DNA of 64,000 bases. It comes from Octopus sinensis (lineage: Eukaryota). Shown here piece by piece: positions 12,036-24,274 of this stretch. Location: the NCBI RefSeq assembly GCF_006345805.1, contig NC_043001.1, positions 89,776,001-89,840,000 of the forward strand, given 5' to 3'. How positions within the stretch are numbered: position 1 is the first letter of the stretch; each line of letters starts with the position of its first letter. Position numbers and translations under genes: made by a program. Below the pieces are notes generated by a model, which saw only the letters and a program-made list of their open reading frames with translations, had not been told where the DNA came from and did no database searches.

Positions 12036-13867
12036 ATATGTATGTGTGTGTGCTTCTTTCTATTTCTCTCAACCAAATCTACTCGCAAGGATTTGGGTGA
12101 GCCAGGCCTAGGGTAGAAGACATTTGTCCATGGTGCAGCACAGTGGAACTGAACCCAAAACCACATGGTAGGGCAGCAAGTGTCTTAATCACACAACTAC
12201 ACCTACACTCACACACATATGTATATGTGTGTGTGCATCTATGTTTATGTACACTTGTGGAAATCAGTATACCAAATTGCTAAACTCAGCTATTCAATAA
12301 AATAGAAATTAATAAAATTTGTACTCAACTAAAATAAGTACAGGAGCCAATGCAACCTAACCCCCTTCCCTTTAAAAGCAGTGCTCCAGTATGGCCATGG
12401 TCCAGTGGCTGAAACCAAAACCAATAAAAGAAAGAACTAATGTATACTACTGTTATATTACATTTTATACAGAATCTGTCATGTATGTTGTTTGTTGAAG
12501 GGCAACTTTTGTATTGATTAGAGCAACTTATTGATTAAACATGCTGAAAACTTAAACATATATTAACCCTCAGTCCATTTTCTGCCTAATTCCTTCCTTT
12601 ATTTTTGTACATTGGAATTTATTTCATAGAAATATGTTACCTCTATGTGTTTATACTCTTGTTCTGTTAAAATGCACATGTATTGACCCAGTTTACTTTT
12701 TGCTGCTCGAAACACAATCAATCCAGTTTATATAAACACAGCCACAAATATGATATTTCTGTTCTAAACAAAGTGACTGACAGATACTGCATGGTTTACC
12801 AGAAAAACCAGTGGTTTCTGGTCAATCCTTTTAAATACTGGTTTGAGTCCTTTTAAACCTGTTTGGAGTTGTTTAACATAAAATATTGCTCATTTTTTTT
12901 TTATTCACAATAAACACTACGGTTTATTTTCAGAAATATTTTAATAATCGTTGATTTGTCTCATAATTTCCTGGTTTTATTCACTCACACACACATACAT
13001 ACGTACATAGATACACTCATAATACATTTATACATACATACATACATACATACACACAGGCACAAATACATATATACATTCATGCATACATATATAAATA
13101 CATACATACACACAGACATAAATACATATATACATTCATGCATGCATATATAAATACATAGACATAGCCATACATAAATACATATGTACATACATATACA
13201 TACATACATGTATACATACATACATGTATGCATACATGCATGCATGCTTACAAGCATACATTAATTGTGAAAATTCATGACCTACTAGTTAGAGTGTTGA
13301 GCTCATGGTCATGTGTTCAGTTCCTGGCATGGGCTGCATGCTCTGCCCTTGAGCAAGGTACTTCATTTCATCTTGCTGCAGTCAACTCAACTGAAAATAA
13401 GTACCAGCCAACTGCTAGTGCAGCTGTCTGTCTGTCTGTCTCTCTCTCTGTCTCTCTGTCTCTCTCTCTCTCTCTCCAGCTGTCACATCATCAATGTTCT
13501 GCATGGTCAAGAGTGGGAGGGTCACGAGGATGTGTATGTCTGTTCACAACTACAAAGTTAATGTAAGTAGCAAAAGTTTGGTACAAGCTACTAAGTCATA
13601 TTCTCTTGTGAGGGATGGCTAAGCATTGCTTTTATAACAACATAGACAAATACAGGTATATCAAATACTGTACAACATTGATTCTTGTTTTCTTTAAAAA
13701 AAAAAAAAAGATTAACTCTATTTTTAGAGGATATGTCACATTTTCCAAATGACAATTAAGAACAGCTCCATATAAGAAAGGGAAATTATCTCAAGAATCA
13801 AAACTTTTCCAAAGTTGACATGCCATTAAGGAAAAGGACAGTGTTATTATCTGCAGATAAGAGGACA

Positions 13868-13912
13868 GCTGCAGGCACCTGTTTCTGCCTCAATAGTTGT
13901 CATCAGCACAGC
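13868..13912 (-). ncRNA. Decayed hammerhead-like motif
   Basis: Minus strand GCUGUG-CUGAUGA-(14 nt)-GAAA-CAGGUGCC-UGCAGC. Stem I pairs; stems II and III are eroded. Confidence 0.45.
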
Positions 13913-14200
13913 AAATGTCCTGCCTTATCTCCATAGCCAAGGATTTTGATTATACAAAAAGAGTAGAACACATTTATGGTCTAAGTAATTAGCATAAATT
14001 AATGATAAATGAGCTAAGAGAAATAACTCAGTGGCCAGAGGCATAAGAAAAAGTGGCAGAGTATTGGTTATGAGTTGTTATTCTTTTATTTATTCAAATC
14101 AAGTGAAGATATTTTGTCAGTTTAGATGAAACAGTTAATTTTGTAGGGACCTCTCTCCTACTTTATTTAATAGTTAATAATAAAAATAAAAAATAAAGAA

Positions 14201-14454
14201 GGAGTGGCTGTGTGGTAAGTATTTTGCTTACCAACCACATGGTTCCGGGTTCAGTCCCACTACGTGGCACTTTGGGCAAGTGTCTTCTACTATAGCCTTG
14301 TGCCGACCAAAGCCTTGTGAGTGAATTTGGTAGACGGAAACTAAAAGAAGCCCGTCGTATATATGTATATATATATGTGTGTGTGTGTTTGTGCCCCCAA
14401 CATCGCTTGACAACCGATGCGGGTGTGTTTATGTCCCTGTAACTTAGCGGTTCC
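14201..14454 (+). mobile_element. SINE family A (3'-truncated)
   Basis: Begins GGAGTGGCTGTGTGGTAAG..GGTTCAGTCCC (A/B-box-like). Confidence 0.85.
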
Positions 14455-15045
14455 TATTTTCATATATAACATACAAACATGTACATCTTTTAGAATAATG
14501 TCATTTTATAAGATTTTACTGGCAAATCTTAAAATTAACATAAACACTTATTTACATGAAAGAAAATTATCAGAGAACTTTCATCTAATCCTTCCAGATC
14601 TTTCTGTTAAAACAGTATTGAAACCATTTGAGGGGAATTTCTTTTGAAAATTGTGCAACAGACACCCTAATCTAATAGGGATTACAATGGTCACACAAGA
14701 GTAACTTATAATAGATAAAGTAAAAAGCTTGTACTCACATGTACTCACTAAATTACGACATTATAGGCAGTGAACTCTGATGTGGTTATAGCTGAATTAT
14801 GACTTGAAAGCAGGTGATCTATTACATAGCAGATAGTAGATGATGATGATAATGGGAAGGAAAGGGAGGAGGAAACCCAAGTACAATGCCAGAAATGGTT
14901 AAAGTTCATGAAATAGTCAGTACATACATCAAGAATAGGCCATGTCAAAGAACACTCTAGAAACGTTGTCTCACCTTCCAACATACATATACTTATAGAC
15001 AATTATCTTATCTCCCACATACACACAGCTTTCTCTGTCTGTCTG

Positions 15046-15083
<38 letters not shown>

Positions 15084-16491
15084 CTATACAGCTTTATTTT
15101 TCTCTCCCTCTGTGTTTCATAAACAATCAGTTTCACTTAACAAACACACTATTTTCTCTTATACACTGGTTTATTGTTCTCATTTTTACATATTCATTTT
15201 TCAACATTAAAAAAATTAAGTCTAAATCAATCTATGCTCTGGCAGTATTTGAGCTTAGGATGAGGAAGATAACAATTAGTCCAGCTAAACTACTACCATT
15301 TATTTTATCAACCCTGACCCATTAAAGTGAATCGCTCATTAACCATTCAATCTGCTTGGACAAGAGGTAAGCTACTGTTAATCTCTTTCTATATAAAATT
15401 CTTTGTCTGTCTGTTCCCTATGCATTCTCAAACGGCTTCACCAAATCAAATCAGATTTTACAAGGTATTAGACCTTGTGAGTGTCAACATGTAATTTTTA
15501 TTTTCATTTGGATTAAAACAATATAACATTTTATCTAAAATAATCTTTCTATAGTCAACTATAATAAAGGACAGTTTATACCACAATAATGACGTCACAT
15601 TTTGTATATGAGTATGAATTTGCCTGTGAGTGCATGTGTGTTTGTGTGTTCATTATGTACCACACAGTAGAGGACATTTTATACCACGATGATGACACAT
15701 TTTGTATATGAGTAAGTGTTCATTCTCAATTGAGGCTCTGAGACTCTTACAAACAATAAACTCAAAACACAAAACAAAACAACAGACTGAGGCATTAAAC
15801 CTCTTACTTTTATGTTGATACACAATACGAGGCACTAAGCTTCTTAATTTTTCCACCCCGCCATCACCTGACCAGGCTCAATGCCACACTCAAACACCTC
15901 AATGGTGCTAGGTCAGGACTTTTCAGCAAAAAGCGAAATGTGTCCTCAGGGAAGGACTTTATTACCTCAAACAAGTTTTTTTCCCACACAACCTCTGCAG
16001 CTACCAGCAGAGGCCAATCAGGGTTCTTGATACAGGTACTAATTCCTTCCCATCGACCTTTTTTATTAAACTTTTTGATCATTTTTTTGGATTTCTCCTC
16101 CCCTGTGGTACAGGACTACAAATTCCTCCTCCACATAGGGAGAGTCCTCAAATCCCCTCTATGGTGGCACAACTCCCACCAAAGGGGTTTTTGGGACATG
16201 CCGGCAGTGTACTAGCAACCGCCGTAATTCAACTAGTTGTAAATAAAATGATAGAATCTGAGGAAACCAGTCAATGGTATTGCACTTTCAGATTACTCTT
16301 ACTTCATCTTATATGATAGTTTGAAATGGTTGAAGTTAATTTCATCTTCATCTCTATGATTTTTGATTATTCACTTAAGGCGTTTATTTACATTTATTAT
16401 TTAAATAATGGTTTCTAATTTAGATACAAAGCCAGTAATTTGGAGAGGAAGGTTAAGATCAGTCGATGCCATCAAATCCCAATATTTGACT

Positions 16492-17018
16492 GGTTAAAAT
16501 CTATAATCATTAAAAATTATTAGAATTATGAAGTATGTTTTGTGCTATTGGTTCTGACTCTTGGTTTGAGTCTCAGTCCTGCTGAGGTCAGATATGCTAT
16601 TCATCCCTCTGGGCTTGAGAAAAATAAATTAGCTATCAAGTATTGGGGTTGATGTTATCAATTAACCCTTCTCTTCAAACTTATGCCCTTGTGCTTAAGT
16701 CTAGAAAGAATAGTAATTGTTTCTAGTTTAGACACAAGGCCATTATCTTCGAGAGGAGGGGATCAGTATATACCAGTATTTGGCTGGAACTTTTAATGAC
16801 CTTTGAGAGAATGAATGTGAAGTTGACCCTGGTAAAATATGAATTAGAAACGTAAAAAATTGGAACAAATAGCGCAAGACATTATTATTTGCTAACCCAC
16901 CACCATTACAAATGTGTTATGAAAGTAGACAGATGCATATATCGACAGAAGGAAAAGTAGACAGACAGTTAATCGAATTTAAATGAAATGAAAAGAGACT
17001 ATTTTTCATTGACAAATA
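16492..17018. repeat. Inverted duplication arm 1 (partner 21603-22117)
   Basis: Collinear reverse-complement match over ~520 bp with few substitutions. Confidence 0.9.
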
Positions 17019-17362
17019 TTGTATCGATCTCATAGTGGTGGAAGGTAAAGTTGACTTTGGAAGGATGTGAACCCAGAATGGAACAAGCCAGAACAAACAA
17101 CACCAAGAATGTTTGCTGATGATCTAACAATTCTATTGGTCTGTTGCCTTACTGTTTATTTAAATCGGTGGTTCTCATACGGGGTTCATATGACCTTTAG
17201 GGGTCCATATAAGATGATTTTGTAATCTTTTCTGTTGCTGTCACAGTTTTCTATTCATTTGATTTTGCTCCAATCGTTTTCAAATTTGGTGTACAATATG
17301 CTAATTATGGAAATGAAATTCATTTTCCTAATAAATTAATAAATAAAAAGTTAATAGGTGCA

Positions 17363-17740
17363 GGAGTGGCTGTGTGGTAAGGAGCTTGCTTACCAACCAC
17401 ATGGTTCCAGGTTCAGCCCCACTGCATGGTACCTTGGGCAAGTGTCTTCTACTATAGCCTCGCGCTGACCAAAACCTTGTGAGTGGATTTGGCAGATGGA
17501 AACTGAAAGAAGCCCATCGTATATATGTATATATATATGTATGTGTATATGTTTGTCCCCCCAACATCACTTGACAACCGATGCTGGTGCGTTTACGTCC
17601 CCGTAACTTAGTGGTTCAGCAAAGGAGACCGATAGAATAAGTACTAGGCCTACAAAGAATAAGTCCTGGGGATTGATTTGCTTGACTAAAGGTGGTGCTC
17701 CAGCATGGCCACAGTCAAATGACTGAAATAAGTAAAAGAG
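17363..17740 (+). mobile_element. SINE family A, full length
   Basis: Complete head-to-tail match to the other family-A copies. Confidence 0.9.
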
Positions 17741-18049
17741 TGCTTTTAAAGTTTGCAAATGTTGGGCAATTTTAGCCAATTGAAAGCCACAAACATATTG
17801 GTGCTCATTTCCATTGTAACAATTTAAGGTATAGTCTGCTTAAAACCCCAACCATATGCATTGTCTTTATCCATCTATTTTCTTTGACAAGTGCCTATTT
17901 TCTGAATGTTTGTACTACCTAAGTTTTGCCATATTCGTCTGTGGTCTTTTTTTTTTTTTGAGAAACAAACAGATATTTTCGGTTGCTGTCCTGTTACTAC
18001 CTTAATTTCATAATTTCGAAGTATGTTTTCCGGGACCATTCTAACCTAA

Positions 18050-18540
18050 ACAGAAGTATGACTGCAGCTAACTCATTTAACCTTTCAAATATGATGGAGA
18101 AATTGAAAACCTAGAATGCAGTTTCTTTCTTGCAAGAGAAGGGTGTTGGCCCTAAAAGAAAATTATGTACAAAAAAGACACTATGTGAACAAGATGATGC
18201 TTCACGTGAAAATTTACTGGCACTATGCCCAAGAAGGATGCAACGAGTGAGTGTCTGTCAGAAAAGATACATAGTTGGAAGGTGGCACCCTTTCTCTTAG
18301 GGCAGTACTTTTTTTTTTCCTTTGCTCATGGGTGAATTTATTTTAGTCTGGTTTTGTGTTGAGGAACTGAGGATGAACCACTGCATAGCTGTTGATTACA
18401 ACAGCTATGCTCATGAAATATGTGCAAAGGACCTGCTCCACAATCCAGTTCAGTTAGACAGTCTTGGCAAGATTGTCGAGATGGATGAAACAGTCTTCTC
18501 AAGATGTAGAAACAGCTGAGGAAGGATGCTTGCAACCAGA
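18050..18540 (+). pseudogene. Merlin/IS1016-type (ISXO2-like) DDE transposase remnant
   Basis: IAVDYNSYAHEICAKDLLHNPVQLDSLGKIVEMDETVFSR resembles the Merlin motif VDWYNFCREVC..GGPGKIVEIDES.F.KRK. Confidence 0.7.
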
Positions 18541-18789
18541 CTTTATTCTTTAAAACTTATTAACACTTCAAAACTTCTTACAAGTTTGTCATCGGAATTT
18601 TGTCATTTTAATGTTATAAATAGCTATCATGCTCAAAATGTTAGCCTCAAAAATCCCTTTTTTCTGATTGGGTAACAATTATCGAAATTTAAACTACTGT
18701 AACATTTTTCTACAAATTTTCTTTAATTTTCCTGGAACAAGTGAATAATAAAATCAGATTCAGCATGAAAATTTACATCTATATACTAA

Positions 18790-19267
18790 ACTAGCAGTAT
18801 CGCCCGGCGTTGCTCGGGTTTGTAAGGGAAATAACTATATAAGCATTTTTAGAGAGTTACTTCCCTTATAGATGCCAATTCGGGCTTTCTTAGCCATTTC
18901 TGTTTTGGTGTCTTCAAGCCATGAAGTCGTTCTAAAAGAACGCTGGTCTCCTTGACAACGCTTTACGACATTGATTTCCTTACACTCCCTTCCCCACAGC
19001 TTCACGAGGGAGGGAAGAAGGGGAGAAGCAAACAGGTGCACGAAAAATTATGCATTAAAATGGAATAAAAAATGATGTTAAATTATTTTAAAAATCGTAG
19101 ACTCATCGTAGACGCGCGCTAATACCCAGACGGGCTCGATATGAATCACGACTATAAGATACCCGAATTTAGTTAAACTGCACCGCAAAATGTGGGAGTA
19201 GTTAGGAATCTAAATCGAAGGGGACAGACACTCACACAACTAGAGTTTTATATATATAGATATAGAT
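18790..19267 (+). mobile_element. HINE/DINE-1-like (Helentron-associated) non-autonomous element
   Basis: 5' ACTAGCAGTATCGCCCGGCGTTGCTCGGG and 3' TTTTATATATATAGAT. The same 5' end occurs at 39698. Confidence 0.6.
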
Positions 19268-19432
19268 TTGAAAATTTTCACTTACTTTTAAGATTTCAAA
19301 AACAGTGACAGCAACAGAAAAGATCCAGATTTTGCTGTTAAAATTTATGCGTAATAAATTGGCTATATACTTCTTCACTGCTCAAAATATTTTAACATTT
19401 TAATATAATTCCTATTAATATTTAATCATAGG

Positions 19433-19803
19433 CGCAGAAGTGGCTGTGTGGTAAGTAGCTTGCTTACCAACCACATGGTTCTGGGTTCTACTATAGTCTC
19501 AGACCAACCAAAGCCTTGTGAGTGGATTTGGTAGATGGAAAATGAAAGAAGTTTGTCGTATATATGTATGTATATGTGTGTGTGTGTGTGTGTGTGTATG
19601 GGTGCATGCGTGCGTGTGCGACTGTGTTTGTCTCTCCAACATCACTTGACAATTGATGCTGGTGCATTGACGTTCGGCAAAAGAGACAGATAGAATAAGT
19701 ACTAGATTTACAAAGAATAAGTCTTGGGGTCAATTTGTTTGACTAAAGGCTGTGTTTCAGCATGGCCACAGTCAAATGACTGAAACAAGTAAAAGAATAA
19801 AAG
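19433..19803 (+). mobile_element. SINE family A (internal deletion)
   Basis: Family-A head and tail present. Confidence 0.85.
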
Positions 19804-20013
19804 AATATAAATGCAGCAAGATTTTTTAAAGCATCAAATAGATGTGTGGGTCCACCTGAGTAAACTAGGAATAAAAGGCATTCATATGTAAAGGATGGTT
19901 GAGAACCATTAATTTAAATAATAATTTTGGCATGAAGCCAGCAATTTTAGGGGAGGGCATAAGCTGATTACATCAACTTCAGTGATTGGCTGGTATTTAT
20001 TTTGTTGAGACAA

Positions 20014-20250
20014 GGCGGTGAGCTGGCAGAAACGTTAGCATGCCGGGCGAAATGCTTAGCGGTGTTTCGTCTGCTGTTACGTTCTGAGTTCAAAATCCAC
20101 CGAGGTCGACTTTCCCTTTCATCCTTTTGGGGTCGATTAAATAAATACCAGTTACGCACTGTGGTCAATATAATCGACTTAATCCATTTGTCTGTTCTTG
20201 TTTGTCCCCTCTGTGTTTAGCCCCTTGTGAGTAGTAAAGAAATAGGTATT
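20014..20250 (+). mobile_element. tRNA-derived SINE family B, full length
   Basis: GGCGGTGAGCTGGCAGAA..GAGTTCAAA..GTCGAC..tail GTAGTAAAGAAATAGGTATTT. Confidence 0.9.
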
Positions 20251-20546
20251 TATTTTTTGAGGCCAAAAAGGTATTTGAACTCGGAACATAATGAGCTGGA
20301 AGAAATCTTGTGGAGCATTTTGTCCGACGCGCTAAAAATTTTGCTAGCTTGCCGTACTCTTGAAATTCCAGTTATTTTGGAAATTGTTAAGATGGAGTTG
20401 TATATTTTTCTAAAGTATTTTATTCTTGAGATTGTGTCCAGACAGGTAGTACTGAAGGTGCAACCCAAGAAACAACATCTCTGAAAGATAGTCCTCTACT
20501 TTGTGAGTTATCTATTATCATTTTACACCAAAAAGTTAATCTAAAC

Positions 20547-21256
20547 GGCATAACTACACAAGTGTACTCCTCTCCCGGCTTTGTTTCATCATAATTTTTT
20601 AAAAAATGGATTTATTCTAATAAAATTTTCTACAAATACCCGGCGAAGGTAAAGAATACGCACACCCGGTGTTTATGGATAGGGTTAGGACTTAGGGTTA
20701 AGGTTACGGTTTAGGGCTTAGGGTTAAGGTTACGGTTTAGGGCTAGGGTTTAAGTTAGGGTTAGGGTTACGCCGAAAACGGGTGGTGTGCGTATTCTTTA
20801 CCTCCGCCCAAATACCATTCAGATGGAATAGTTTTCGATTATATCAGAATTTGCTTTCAATTTTTTTTTTTCGGAGGAGGCGGAGAGGAGTTTCGGATTA
20901 TTTACTCAAGTCGACTTCGTTTCCTCATAACTTTCAGAAAAACAAGTACCTTTCAATGGTGTGAGATTACGATGACATCGGAATTTAATGTAAAAAAAAA
21001 AAAAAAACGGTAAGCACTTACACATACATAGTGACACAACATTTTTATCAAAATTTCAAGTTTCATTTTGTAGATATGAAGTATAAATGTGTGCGCGCCT
21101 ACCATTTATTATTTTTTTTTTTACATTAAATTTTAGTACAATCGTAATCTACAGCATCTAAAAGGAATTTATAGAAAATTTCATTAAAAATACTAATTTT
21201 TCTGAAAGTTACGAGGACACAAATTCGGGGTAGGGGTAGACTTATGTAGTTATACC
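20547..21256. mobile_element. MITE with GG-terminated TIRs and 9-bp TSD (Merlin-type)
   Basis: TIRs GGCATAACTACACAAGT / ACTTATGTAGTTATACC. TSD AATCTAAAC / AATCTTAAC. Extra subterminal inverted repeats at ~20922-20975 and ~21140-21217. Confidence 0.8.
20642..20808. mobile_element. 167-bp Merlin-type MITE containing telomere-like repeats, nested in the previous MITE
   Basis: TIR GGCGAAGGTAAAGAATACGCACACCCG and its near reverse complement. TSD CAAATACCC / CAAATACCA. Interior is TTAGGG variants. Confidence 0.85.
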
Positions 21257-21602
21257 AATCTTAACCATGGAACAGCATCAAAGTCATTATTTATAATATC
21301 ATTCTGTTACAATACGTTAGTAAAGTTTTAACATTTCTTAATATGGTTATTTGGGAACAAAACGATAAAAACGCCTTACCCTATACTTTTTAGCTTGACA
21401 TCGTCTGTTATTGTACATATTTATATTTCGATTGAGCAGACGATAATTAACGCGCATGCATAAAATAATGGATGATATAAAAAAAAAAAAAATAAGCATA
21501 AAAACTATTCATTTTGCTGCTCAACCACCATCGCTTCTCCACTAACCAAAATCCCTACTGACGCCACCACTGTAACTATCAGTAACAAAACCCGGTCCAA
21601 AT

Positions 21603-22117
21603 TATTTGTCAATGAAAAATAGTCTCTTTTCATTTCATTTAAATTCAATTAACTGTCTGTCTACTTTTCCTTCTGACGATATATGCATCTGTCTACTTTC
21701 ATAATGCATTTGTAATGGTGGTAGGTTAGCAAATAATAATGTCTTGCGCTATTTGTTCCAATTTTTTACGTTTCTAATTCATATTTTATCAGGGTCAACT
21801 TCACATTCATTCTCTCAAAGGTCATTAAAAGTTCCAGCCAAATACTGGTATATACTGATCCACTCCTCTCGAAGATATCGGTCTTGTGTCTAAACTAGAA
21901 ACAATTACTATTCTTTCTAGACATAAGCACAAGGGCATAAGTTTGAAGAGAGGGGTTAATCGACAACATCAACCCCAATACTTGATAGCTGATTTATTTT
22001 TCTCAAGCCCAGAGGGATGAATAGCATATCTGACCTCAGCAGGACTGAGACTCAAACCAAGAGTCAGAACCAATAGCACAAAACACACTTCATAATTCTA
22101 ACAATTTTTAATGATTA
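21603..22117. repeat. Inverted duplication arm 2 (continues at 22631-22641 after a MITE insertion)
   Basis: Reverse complement of 16492-17018. Confidence 0.9.
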
Positions 22118-22628
22118 CCGTAAATCTTCGAGTATAGTCCGCCCTTGAGTATAATACGCAGGGGATTTTTAGGGGCTGTACCTCTGAAAAACCTAAACCT
22201 TGTGTATAATACGCACCACTTCTCTAACTTGAGTCAAGGAGGTCTATATAACGTCCTTGGTTTGTAAAACTGTATACGGTAATGTCTTTTATTATTATTG
22301 TATATATAACATAATGCAAGCATGTAGCTTTTTTGTGCATTTTGTTTGCAGAAAATAAAGAAATAACAGTAATAACGTTTAATAAATGTTGCTTATTACA
22401 AGTTATGGATGATTCTTTTATGACTTCATTGCTTTCAGGCTTAGCTTAAGGTATCTTCGCGCCCGACATCACAAAATGCATCTGAATAAACATTGCCGGA
22501 CAGCAAATAGAGTCTCGGACATTGCTTAGAAAATATTTTTCATTTTTAACCTCATACGTAGTACGCACTAGGGATTTTGACCATTAAATTTTGGGAAAAA
22601 TATGCGGATTATACTCGAGGATTTACAG
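22118..22628. mobile_element. Tc2/pogo-like MITE
   Basis: TIR CCGTAAATCTTCGAGTATA / TATACTCGAGGATTTACAG with TA TSD. The empty site is seen in the duplicated arm at ~16500. Confidence 0.85.
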
Positions 22629-22832
22629 TATAGATTTTAACTAGGTACAAGGTCAGAAATTTGGGAGGAAGTGGATAGTCATTAAATAAGGAATTCACAT
22701 TTTGGCACATGGCTAGCTAGTTCTAGGGAAGGGTTAAGTATATTATATTGACTCCAGTGATCAACTGGTACTTATTTTATCGTTCCCGAAAGGATGAAAA
22801 GTTGATTAGATCGACTCTAGTGCTCAACTTAG

Positions 22833-23168
22833 GGCGAAGGTAAAGCACATGCACCTCACCCATCAGACGTCTTTAGCTTTTTGAAAGCGAAGAGGTGATG
22901 AGTGAGCGACGTGGGGAGTGTTTCTTTAAGACAAATTAAGTTTTTAAAAAATCCCAGATTCGTAATCTCTATATTTTTATACGTGGATTAAAAAAATTCG
23001 ATAAAAAGTTAAAAATTAAGAAATTGGTGGGGGGGGGGTTAAAATTTTGAAAACTTGATTTTTGGGTAAAATCACATTCTCCTATATCGAAAAAATTGAG
23101 ATTCGAAAAAAATTTAGGGGCGGGGGGAACATCGGAAATGGATGGTGTGCACGCGCTTTACATTCGCC
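22833..23168. mobile_element. Merlin-type MITE inserted in a SINE B remnant
   Basis: TIR GGCGAAGGTAAAGC / GCTTTACATTCGCC. 8-bp TSD CAACTTAG / CTACTTAG. Removing it restores the SINE sequence. Confidence 0.8.
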
Positions 23169-23701
23169 CTACTTAGTACTTATTTTATCGACCTCGAAAG
23201 GATGAAAATCAAAGTCGACCTCGGCGTGCTAACATTTCTGCCAACTCGCCTCCTTAAAGGGTAGTGATTAAATAATAACAATAATTCTCACCCATCCTCT
23301 CTTTTATCGACTGTCTCATACATATATTTATTAAATGGAACAGTTTCGCCTTTCTTTAATCGATTGTCTCACACCTATATTTGTACTTATGTTACTTTCG
23401 AAGCCAATTGCTAAGAATAAAAAAAGAAAAGAAAAGAAAAAAATAGAAATGAAGAGACTAATCTTCTCAAAGAAGTCATCTAATTGTAATTTCTCCATTT
23501 TGGTCTTTTAACTTGTTTCAGTCATAAGACTGTAGCTATACTGCGGTACTACCTTGAAACATTTTTAGTCAACGAATCGACCCCAGAACTTACTCTATCG
23601 TCTCTTTTACCATTAAGTTATAGGGATGTAAACAAACCAGCACTGGTTGTCAAGCGCTGGTTGACATACATACAAATATACATACATACATACATACACA
23701 T

Positions 23702-23729
23702 ATCTATTATATAAAATCCGTTCTGTCTT

Positions 23730-23760
<31 letters not shown>

Positions 23761-24108
23761 TGTGTGTGTGTGTGTGTGTCTTCTAGGATCTCGGGCATCC
23801 TCCATCCGATTGCGCTAAAATTTAACATGTAGATACCGATGGTATCAAGGCGTGTGTAAGTCTTGAAAAAATTACAAAAATCGATTCCAGGTGAGAATGC
23901 GATCGATAAAACCGTGGGAATGTGCATTTGTACGCGCAAGTACATCAGTCGAAATCCGTCTTTTGCTGGTGTCTCAAATTTAGGTTAAATCAATGTTTCT
24001 CAAAGAGGAGGCCTATGGGACGGTCGGACAAGTTGTTTTGAGAAAATTTGGTTTAAATGTTTGACAACTCAGCACCATCCATTGGACGGGGGGGGGCTTG
24101 TGCTCGTA
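23702..24108 (-). mobile_element. HINE/Helentron-like element
   Basis: Homologous to 11860-12035, with an internal (CA)n and a TATATAATAGAT end on the minus strand. Confidence 0.55.
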
Positions 24109-24124
24109 TATGTATGTATGTATG

Positions 24125-24189
<65 letters not shown>

Positions 24190-24274
24190 AAAATTTACAG
24201 AAAAACAAAAGACGAAGACAAGTGTATAAACAACAAACAGGTGTATTAGTTTTACGCTCGAGAAGGTGAGAAAA

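Noticed and set aside
20680-20770. Telomere or chromosome-fusion scar
   Set aside because: Short, degenerate and enclosed by TIRs with a TSD.
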